This document shows positions 6,790-13,944 of a DNA stretch of 17,543 nucleotides, piece after piece. The notes beneath the pieces were generated by a model that ran no database searches, was not told the origin of the DNA, and was given only the letters and a program-made list of their open reading frames with translations. Source of the stretch: an uncultured Deferribacteres bacterium (GTDB lineage Bacteria > Zhuqueibacterota > Zhuqueibacteria > Zhuqueibacterales > Geothermadaptataceae); contig CAXHAT010000165.1 in NCBI GenBank assembly GCA_964014485.1, positions 1 through 17,543 of the forward strand, read 5' to 3'. Position numbers and translations under genes: made by a program. Every line of letters begins with the position of its first letter. Within the stretch, counting starts at the first letter, position 1.

Positions 6790-9255
6790 ATGAAACCGAG
6801 ATCGAATCAATTGCTAACATTTCGAATTTTTGCCCTGCTGACCATACTTGCCTTTTCCGCCGCCGCTTCGGCGCAAAAAGGCGCGATTGCCGGAAAAGTG
6901 ACGGACGTCGACACAGGCGAGCCGCTGATCGGCGCAAACGTTTCCGTGCCGGGGACAAGTCTTGGCGCCGCCGCAGGACAGGACGGCGGTTATTTGATCG
7001 AAAACGTTCCAGCCGGCGAGCGTGAGATTCGCGTCTCCTTTATCGGCTATCCGTCTGAAATTCAGCAGGTGACGGTCTTGGCGAACGAAACCGTGACGGT
7101 CAATTTCCAACTTTCGCAGAGCGTTTTGCTCGGCAACACCGTGGTTGTGAGCGCCTCACGGAGGCCGGAAAAATTGACCGAAGCCCCCGCGACGATCAGC
7201 GTGATCGACGCCAGCGATTTGGCGCGCACCACGGGTTTTACTTACGGCGAAGCGCTGAAGCAAGCGAAAGGCGTTGACACATATCGCACCGGAATCGACG
7301 GCGTCACGGTCAATGCACGCGGTTTTATGACCGCCTATAGCTACCGCATGCAATTGATGGCGGACGGACGAAATTCTATGTTGCCTGGAGCGGGTCCGGC
7401 GGCGGGGCAGCAACTTCCCGTTGCGCGCGAAGACGTTGATCGAATTGAAACGATTTTAGGCCCAAGTTCGGCTCTTTACGGCCCAAACGCCCACAACGGG
7501 CTGGTCAATATCATCACCAAACACCCGCGTGATTATCCCGGCTTGACTGTCGCCGTGGGCGGAGGCGAAAATTCGATTCGCACGGGCAGGTTAAGATTTG
7601 CGCGCGTTATTGACGACAAGTTCGCGTTCAAAATCAACGCAGAAGTGATGCGCGGCAATGATTGGGTAAAAAACGACACCGCCGGCGTGGATAATAACGG
7701 GCAATTCTACTTTGAAAACCCTGACAACAATGTGGAAAACTTTCGAGCTGATGCAGCGCTTTATTACTTGATTGCCACGGATTTGGAGCTGGTCGGGGCG
7801 GTCGGCTATAGCACGACCAATTCTGTCAGCACCACGAACGTCGGGCGCAATCAATTGGTTGGCTGGGAATATAATTATGAACAATTCCGCCTGAACCACC
7901 CCAATTTTTTCATTCAAGCTTACAGAACCGGGAACAATGCCGGCGAGACCCACGCGCTGGAAAACAAAGTCGCGGCGCAAGTCAATGCGGCTAACGCCGG
8001 GCAGCCAATTTCTGAAGAACAGGCGATTGAGCAGGTGCGTTTTGTCGACGAGTCGGAGCGATTCAACGCCGAGGCGCAATTTAACACAACTTTCTCAAAA
8101 TTTCATTTTATCGCAGGCGTGAATTATGAAGACAGCCGTCCCGTCAGCAGCGGCACGTACCTTTCCGACACTTTGGGAAATGATCTGCAAATCAAGCAAA
8201 GCGGCGTTTACGCGCAAGCAGAGTTTGAACCTGGAGAACGTCTAAAGCTCATCGCCGCCGGTCGCTACGACAGACATGACAACTACGACTCACAATTCAG
8301 CCCTCGCATCGGCGCCGTTTACAAAATCCCGGGTTACGGGGCCTTGCGGTTTACCTATAATCGCGCATTTCAAGCGCCGGCAATTATTCAGCAGGAGCTT
8401 TATCTTTTATTTGGCTTGAATGCGAGCCTGGGCATTCCCGTCAGGCTGCGCGGCAACGGACACGGGTTCAAAATACGAACGGGCGACGCCATCGTGAACA
8501 TCGATCCGTTGGAGCCGGAAACCAACACCACCTACGAAATCGGCTACTCCGGCTTTGCCACCAAGAAGCTGCACATCGATTTTAATGCGTATCACAGCAA
8601 GTATAAAAATTTCATCAGTCCGCTCAACGTCATCGGCATTTCCGGCGCTTTTCCCGTCCCTGTTCTGCCGACGGTATTGAGCCAGGGCGAGGTCACGTTT
8701 TCCGAGTCCGCCTCTCCGGAATTGGTGCTGACCTACAGAAATTTTGGCGAAGTCACGATGCAAGGCATTGACTTTGGCTTGCAATTCCAAGTGAGTCGCA
8801 AAGTCGGATTGTGGGGCAACTTTTCCTACGTTAATCCGCGAGACTTGGACAACGCAGGCAATGATTTCGACATGGACGGCATGGTCGAACCCAGTGAGCT
8901 GTCATTCAACACGCCGGAAAATCGATTTAACCTCGGCTTGATGCTGACTGATTTCCTGCTTCCGGGCTTATTCGCTTCGGCTTCAATGCGTCATGTCGAT
9001 TCTTATGATTTTGTTTCGGGAAGTCATTCAGGGACAAAAGACGGCGAAGGTTCGGGGCTTTTCCAATTTAAAGATCGCGGCCCGCTGGGAGGATTTGAAT
9101 CGATCGACGTCAATCTTTCCTACCTGCTAAAAAGCGGTGTTCAATTTAATCTTGGCGTGACCAATCTGCTCGATAAAAAGCTCCAAGAGATGGTCAGTTC
9201 ACCTGCGATCCGACGCTTGATCGTCGGAGAAATCAAGTACACATTTCAATTATGA
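6790..9255 (+). CDS. TonB-dependent outer-membrane receptor with N-terminal carboxypeptidase-regulatory-like domain, 821 aa
   Basis: Likely start MKPRSN at 6790 after GAGGGTGG. Signal peptide ...ASA|Q. GKVTD..GEPLIGANV. TonB-box/plug segments VVVSASRRPEKLTEAPATISVI and IETILGPSSALYGPNAHNGLVNIITK. Barrel motifs GRYD, FSPR, LEPE...YEIG and NLLD. C-terminal KYTFQL. Confidence 0.93.
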   Translation: MKPRSNQLLTFRIFALLTILAFSAAASAQKGAIAGKVTDVDTGEPLIGANVSVPGTSLGAAAGQDGGYLIENVPAGEREIRVSFIGYPSEIQQVTVLANETVTVNFQLSQSVLLGNTVVVSASRRPEKLTEAPATISVIDASDLARTTGFTYGEALKQAKGVDTYRTGIDGVTVNARGFMTAYSYRMQLMADGRNSMLPGAGPAAGQQLPVAREDVDRIETILGPSSALYGPNAHNGLVNIITKHPRDYPGLTVAVGGGENSIRTGRLRFARVIDDKFAFKINAEVMRGNDWVKNDTAGVDNNGQFYFENPDNNVENFRADAALYYLIATDLELVGAVGYSTTNSVSTTNVGRNQLVGWEYNYEQFRLNHPNFFIQAYRTGNNAGETHALENKVAAQVNAANAGQPISEEQAIEQVRFVDESERFNAEAQFNTTFSKFHFIAGVNYEDSRPVSSGTYLSDTLGNDLQIKQSGVYAQAEFEPGERLKLIAAGRYDRHDNYDSQFSPRIGAVYKIPGYGALRFTYNRAFQAPAIIQQELYLLFGLNASLGIPVRLRGNGHGFKIRTGDAIVNIDPLEPETNTTYEIGYSGFATKKLHIDFNAYHSKYKNFISPLNVIGISGAFPVPVLPTVLSQGEVTFSESASPELVLTYRNFGEVTMQGIDFGLQFQVSRKVGLWGNFSYVNPRDLDNAGNDFDMDGMVEPSELSFNTPENRFNLGLMLTDFLLPGLFASASMRHVDSYDFVSGSHSGTKDGEGSGLFQFKDRGPLGGFESIDVNLSYLLKSGVQFNLGVTNLLDKKLQEMVSSPAIRRLIVGEIKYTFQL

Positions 9256-9878
9256 TAGATAAACTCCAATCCTGGAGCCCTAAAAAGACGGCGCAATTAG
9301 AGGATATTCTCCGCGACTATTTGCACGTTGAACAAATGGATGAGCGGTTGCGTCGCGCCGCCGTTTTGATCCCGCTTTACCAGGTTGAAGGACGGCTTCA
9401 TGCGGTTTTCATCGAGCGCACGCGATATTTTCGGGACGACGGGAAGGAAGCGCCGCATTCAGGACAAGTCGCTTTTCCCGGAGGCAAGCAGGAAGACGGA
9501 GAATCATTGAAACAGACGGCGATTCGAGAAGCTTATGAAGAAACGGCGCTCTTGCCGGAGCGGCTGCACATGCTGGGAGAATTGGGGACTCTGTTGACTT
9601 ACGGCTCCTTTTTCCGCACTTCGGTGTTTGTGTCCTGGCTGGAAAAACCGCCGATTCTTACTCCCGACGCCCACGAAGTCGCTGCGATACATCACGTTCC
9701 GTTGTGGCAGATTGTTGACCAACACAAACCCGGCCTGGATCTCGAACGCCGAATCGATCTCTTGAACATTCACTACCACTGGCAAACCGGCAACAGACAG
9801 GCGCAAATATGTATTTGGGGAATGACCGGGCGCGTCGTGTGGCTGCTGTTTGAATTGCTGCGACGCATCAAGTCGTAG
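9252..9878 (+). CDS. Nudix hydrolase, CoA pyrophosphatase (NudL/Nudt7-like) subfamily
   Basis: AAVLIPL, HSGQVAFPGGK, Nudix box GGKQEDGESLKQTAIREAYEET, and IWGMTG. ATGA overlap with the upstream stop codon. Confidence 0.88.
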   Translation: MIDKLQSWSPKKTAQLEDILRDYLHVEQMDERLRRAAVLIPLYQVEGRLHAVFIERTRYFRDDGKEAPHSGQVAFPGGKQEDGESLKQTAIREAYEETALLPERLHMLGELGTLLTYGSFFRTSVFVSWLEKPPILTPDAHEVAAIHHVPLWQIVDQHKPGLDLERRIDLLNIHYHWQTGNRQAQICIWGMTGRVVWLLFELLRRIKS

Positions 9879-11276
9879 TTATGTCGACAAACGATACTCG
9901 TCGATTTTTCGGTTCAGTCGCGGGCGGGAAATGCCCAGAATTTCCGCGGCGCGCGTCTTATTCCACTTCGTAATCTTCAAAATCTCATCAATGAGCTGCT
10001 CCTCCCCTTTTTTCAGCGAAATGCCGGTCTTGGGAATCGGAATAACTCGGTTATTGCCAGGAGAAGGCTTTCCGCCGCGCGCAACGCTCTCCTGATTTTG
10101 ACTACGCAGCGAGTTCAGGATTGCCTGCTCGTCCAACGTTTCGCTTTCGCTAAGCAAAACCGCCCTTTCAATCGCATGTTTTAGTTCGCGAACATTTCCC
10201 GGCCAACGGTAATTTTCGAGTACGTTGAGAGCGTCTTTTGAAAAGCCAAAAACCGGAATGTCGTATTCCTTGCGGTAACCGCCGAGGAAGTGTTCCGCCA
10301 ATAAACGAACGTCGCCTTCACGCTCGCGTAAGGGAGGCAGGCTGATGCTGAGGACGTTCAAGCGATAATACAAATCTTGCCTGAAACCGCCTTCATTGAC
10401 CGCTTCTTGCAAATTGACGTTGGTTCCAGCCACGACTCTAGTCTTTACATTGATGTCACTCGTACCGCCCAAACGCCGCACCCGTTTTTCCTCGATTGCC
10501 TTCAGCAGCTTGGCTTGCAGATTGAGCGCCATATGGCCAATTTCATCCAGAAACAACGTTCCGTTTGATGATGCCTCAAACAGGCCAATTTTTCGCGCTT
10601 TCGCGTCAGTAAATGCGCCTTTTTCATGGCCAAACAACTCTGACTCAAAAAGATTTTCCGGCAAGGCGGTGCAGTTAATTTCAACAAAATCGCCTTTGCT
10701 GGAAACTTGGCTCGCGTCATGAATTTCGCGCGCGACAACTTGCTTTCCGGTACCGGTCTCCCCCAAGATGAGAACGGTCACTGATTTGTGGCGAGCCACC
10801 CGATCGACAAATTTGTGGACGTTTTGGATCGGCAAACTGTCGCCCAAGAGCCGAGTATTTTTTCTTGCCTGCGATAAATCCCGCCCCGAGCGATTTTCAG
10901 AGTTCCGAGGCTGAAAACGGCTCTTAATAAGTTTGACCAGCTCATCTGCGCCTGAACTGCAATCGACGAAGTCTTTTGCGCCGAGCCTGATGCTTTTGAC
11001 GATAAGTTCAACCGGCGCTTGCTTCCCAAAAGCTATGATTTCTTTGAATGACTCTATCGTTTGCAGAGATTCCAGAATTCTCATCGGGTTCCCGGAAGGA
11101 GCGTCAGCCTGCAACAGGATTAGGTCAGACGAAATTTTTTCAACTTCTTTGAGTTTTACGGCATTAGGTAAAAAGTGATGAAACTCAATGCATTCATTAG
11201 AGAATCGAGACTTTAATACTCTGCCGTGCTCGGTTTCCGAGATAATAGAAACACGGTATTCTGTCGACATATTCAT
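9879..11276 (-). CDS. Sigma54-dependent enhancer-binding protein (NtrC/Fis family) with degenerate N-terminal receiver-like domain
   Basis: Walker A GETGTGK, ESELFGHEKGAFTDA, Walker B LFLDEIG, FRQDLYYRLNV, WPGNVRELKH, and Fis-type HTH WNKTRAAEILGISRPRLNRKI. Start at 11276 or 11270. Confidence 0.93.
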   Translation of the reverse strand: MNMSTEYRVSIISETEHGRVLKSRFSNECIEFHHFLPNAVKLKEVEKISSDLILLQADAPSGNPMRILESLQTIESFKEIIAFGKQAPVELIVKSIRLGAKDFVDCSSGADELVKLIKSRFQPRNSENRSGRDLSQARKNTRLLGDSLPIQNVHKFVDRVARHKSVTVLILGETGTGKQVVAREIHDASQVSSKGDFVEINCTALPENLFESELFGHEKGAFTDAKARKIGLFEASSNGTLFLDEIGHMALNLQAKLLKAIEEKRVRRLGGTSDINVKTRVVAGTNVNLQEAVNEGGFRQDLYYRLNVLSISLPPLREREGDVRLLAEHFLGGYRKEYDIPVFGFSKDALNVLENYRWPGNVRELKHAIERAVLLSESETLDEQAILNSLRSQNQESVARGGKPSPGNNRVIPIPKTGISLKKGEEQLIDEILKITKWNKTRAAEILGISRPRLNRKIDEYRLST

Positions 11277-11579
11277 TGTATGGACGTACTGATCTTATCA
11301 AGCGCGTCAGACGTAAATTTCGCGATTCCGAAAGTCTGTTTCATCCCTAAATTGTGGTGGTTCAATGCCAAGGTCGGAGCCTGGAAACTTTGATTAAATC
11401 AGATTGTTTCCGGTTGAAAAATATGCGCTCTCAGGAAGCGATGCGGAAAATTGGCTAACAATAAGACAGGTTGTTTACACGCCTGTATCCGGGGCGGGAC
11501 TTTTCAGACGGAAGTCTATTTCTAACGAGCGCATTTTGGTCGATTAATGCTTATGTCGGTGCGGGAAAAAGGAGGCAAT

Positions 11580-11690
11580 AAAAAGAACAGACCCGCCAGC
11601 CATGCTCAAACTTGCGGGTCTGTAAGGGGAATCTCGCAGCCATGCTCGAACTGCGAGATTGGGTCCGAGGGAGTGGAGCCTCGGGAGGTT
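11580..11690 (-). ncRNA. Candidate three-hairpin small RNA / structured 3' RNA ending in an intrinsic terminator
   Basis: Stems: 11665-70/11679-84 (6 bp), 11630-39/11651-60 (10 bp) and 11587-96/11614-23 (10 bp). Two near-identical 11-nt loops. On the minus strand the last stem runs into UUCUUUUU. The 5' end is uncertain. Confidence 0.55.
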
Positions 11691-11780
11691 TTATTCAGTA
11701 TTTAGTAAGTTGTAATTAGTTTTCAGGCTTGCTCGATAAAGAATCACTAAGTACTATTTACTACTCACGGCTTACTTAAA

Positions 11781-12416
11781 TCACGGCGTTTCACCGCCGC
11801 CGCCTTTGCCGCCGCCGGTTGCATTCGCCGTTGTGAAACTGAGCGTCATCGCCAAAACGCCCGCGACGGCGACACCGCCCAAAACCAACGCCGGGAGCAA
11901 TCTTCTTTTTGAATTGGATTCAGGCAAAATCGTTTTCACAAATTCCCGTTCAAATACGCTCAAGGATGGGTCGAGATCATGATGATATTTGATAATTTCA
12001 AATTGGTGGACGTCACTCGTTTGGCTGTCGTACCGGCGAAGTTCTCCAACAAGAAGCTTTTTGCCGTTGCGATCTTGCCCTGAAATTTCTCCTAGAAAAA
12101 CATAATCCGCTCGTTTTTTTGTAGCATACTCAAAAACTGCTTCTTTTGCAGAGGGTGTTGAATTGAATTGATGACCGCCGGTGGCGACCGAGCGATCATC
12201 AATCAATTCGATTCGCGTTTCATTTTGCAGTAAAGAAATAACTCTAGATGTAAGCCGTTCCTGTAGCTCAGGAGCGATATTTTCAAACTGTATTCCAGCG
12301 AAAACGACGCGCACTTTGTTGTTTTTCGGTTTGGCAAAAAGGGAGTGCATCGGGGTGGCCGCAATCGCAAAAATGAGCACGTGTATCGTGAAAACTTTGA
12401 TTTTTTTATTGAGCAT
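11781..12416 (-). CDS. Hypothetical exported protein (possible CsgG/TolB-N-like alpha/beta domain) with C-terminal hydrophobic helix and Gly-rich tail, 211 aa
   Basis: ATG 12416 lies 7 nt after GAGGT. Signal peptide ...HSLFA|K. ADYVFLGEI segment. C-terminal RRLLPALVLGGVAVAGVLAMTL followed by GGGKGGGG. The fold assignment is tentative. Confidence 0.7.
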   Translation of the reverse strand: MLNKKIKVFTIHVLIFAIAATPMHSLFAKPKNNKVRVVFAGIQFENIAPELQERLTSRVISLLQNETRIELIDDRSVATGGHQFNSTPSAKEAVFEYATKKRADYVFLGEISGQDRNGKKLLVGELRRYDSQTSDVHQFEIIKYHHDLDPSLSVFEREFVKTILPESNSKRRLLPALVLGGVAVAGVLAMTLSFTTANATGGGKGGGGETP

Positions 12417-12451
12417 GATCAAGACCTCATCTTTAGGACAATGGACGCACG

Positions 12452-12474
12452 AAAAAATGAGCTGGCGAACTCAT
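12452..12474 (-). terminator. Putative weak intrinsic terminator downstream of susD
   Basis: Minus strand reads ATGAGTT-CGCC-AGCTCAT (7 bp, one G-U) followed by TTTTT. Confidence 0.5.
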
Positions 12475-12518
12475 CATTCCGGCAATCCGCCGTTGCAAAA
12501 CTCCACCGAAAATCGCAA

Positions 12519-12547
12519 TCGGCCGCCCCGAAAATCGAGGCGACCGA
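12519..12547 (-). other. GC-rich stem-loop just 3' of susD
   Basis: Minus strand reads TCGGTCGCCTCG-ATTTT-CGGGGCGGCCGA, 12 bp with two G-U pairs that form only on the minus (mRNA) strand. Confidence 0.6.
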
Positions 12548-12571
12548 CAGCCTGTCTTCTCAGAGGAGGAA

Positions 12572-13855
12572 TTAGTTGCTGCCGAACCCGACAAAAGGGT
12601 TGGCTTCAATTTCGCGCCGGACGATGGGCAGAAATGCGCCAGGCGTGTTATACGCTTCAGAAGACGCTTCCCACTCCGGCGCCAGAACGCCAAAACGATA
12701 CATGTCAGCCAAGCGACGGCCTTGTATATACAGGTTAGCGCGACGCTCGTGCTGCAGTAATTCACCCGCACTGACTTGCCCGTCTAACAAAGTCAAGTTG
12801 TCAAGGCCTCGAAGCGCGTTAAGCGTAGTCTTTGCCCCATCTTCATCGCTGCGAGCAAGCTGCGCTTCAGCGACAATCAGATGCATTTCACGTGCGGAAA
12901 CCGCTGTGTGCGGCGCGAAATCCGTTCCGCCGTTGGCGGCTTCATCGGTAAACTCAGCCACGGCTGCGGCAATGCGAACGTCTTCCGCGCCGTCGATCAA
13001 ATCGTTCGGCAGCGGCGTTTGGAAAGCGAGTTCCAGCCTGCCGTTAACTTGGAACGAAAAGTCATTCGCCCCTTCGCCCCAGGTGACGGCATAGTTCAAT
13101 TGCCAGCGCCAATCGTCGCCGACCAGCCCCAAAACGGTCTGCGCATCGTCCGCCCCGGCGTCAACATATGGATTCGCTGGTGCGGCGCCTTTCGGGTTGA
13201 GCAAGCTCCAAACGGCGCGTCCATGCTTTGCGCGAGCTCGGACGGCAAGAGCTCTTGCCTGCAATTCATCGTTCGTCTCAGCTTGAGCCACGGCCAGGCT
13301 CTTGTCGAGCAATGCAATAGCTTCGTCGTACAGTCCGCCCATTTGATCTTCGCCAACAGGCGGAGCCGGTTCACGCCGGTCGGACAAGACAAAGTTGTCG
13401 AACATATCCGCGATAACGACACGAATCAATCCTGCGTAAAGATACGAACGACCAAGATCAGCCCGATCCGGCAAGTCTCCCTCTGCGTCAAACGCTTCGA
13501 GGCTTTCAACTGCTTTGTCAGCCGTCCAGCGCGCTTCAGTGACCCACTGCCAGGCGTCATCAGTGAATTCGTTATTCGCATCGGAGACATTTCCGTCATC
13601 GAGTTGTCCCCAGCCGTCTCGCGAGCCTATCCAGGTAATTTCGTCGCCAACGGTTGTGTAAACTGCAAGCAGTTCGCCGATCGCGTTCGAAACAGTCGCC
13701 AGGGAACCGTTGGCAAGCCCTGAAGCAATCACCGGGTCGCCCAAATCATCTTCAACCAAACTGTTTGGATTTTCCACTTTTAGAGGATCGTCGCAAGCGA
13801 ACAGGCCGATCATTCCCGTCGCAGCGAGAAATATAAGGAATCGTTTCAAATTCAT
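12572..13855 (-). CDS. RagB/SusD-family outer-membrane nutrient-binding lipoprotein, 427 aa
   Basis: Likely start MNLKRF at 13855 after AAGGGAG. Lipobox LFA-C(DD). EMHLIVAEA, LNALR, ERRANLYIQGRRLADMYRFG and LPI..REIEANP. Directly downstream of a SusC-like gene. Confidence 0.92.
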   Translation of the reverse strand: MNLKRFLIFLAATGMIGLFACDDPLKVENPNSLVEDDLGDPVIASGLANGSLATVSNAIGELLAVYTTVGDEITWIGSRDGWGQLDDGNVSDANNEFTDDAWQWVTEARWTADKAVESLEAFDAEGDLPDRADLGRSYLYAGLIRVVIADMFDNFVLSDRREPAPPVGEDQMGGLYDEAIALLDKSLAVAQAETNDELQARALAVRARAKHGRAVWSLLNPKGAAPANPYVDAGADDAQTVLGLVGDDWRWQLNYAVTWGEGANDFSFQVNGRLELAFQTPLPNDLIDGAEDVRIAAAVAEFTDEAANGGTDFAPHTAVSAREMHLIVAEAQLARSDEDGAKTTLNALRGLDNLTLLDGQVSAGELLQHERRANLYIQGRRLADMYRFGVLAPEWEASSEAYNTPGAFLPIVRREIEANPFVGFGSN

Positions 13856-13901
13856 TTTATCTCCCTTGATGTTCAAATTTTTATTTTGAGCGTGTTTTTG
13901 A

Positions 13902-13930
13902 CGCTGACAGGGCTTTGCCCCCTGTCAGCG
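13902..13930. other. Perfect 11-bp stem-loop in the susC-susD intergenic region
   Basis: CGCTGACAGGG (13902-13912) pairs with CCCTGTCAGCG (13920-13930), 7-nt loop. No U-tract follows on the mRNA strand. Confidence 0.65.
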
Positions 13931-13944
13931 CTGTTGCCGAAAGC

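Noticed and set aside
11587..11660. Repeated CAGCCATGCTC(A/G)AACT as a CRISPR array
   Set aside because: Only two 16-nt copies, the intervening DNA forms the stems, and there are no cas genes.
12181..13723. + strand ORFs of 185, 172 and 280 aa, and the 112-aa minus ORF 12433-12771
   Set aside because: They overlap susD or the 211-aa gene on the opposite strand or in another frame and have no domain signatures.
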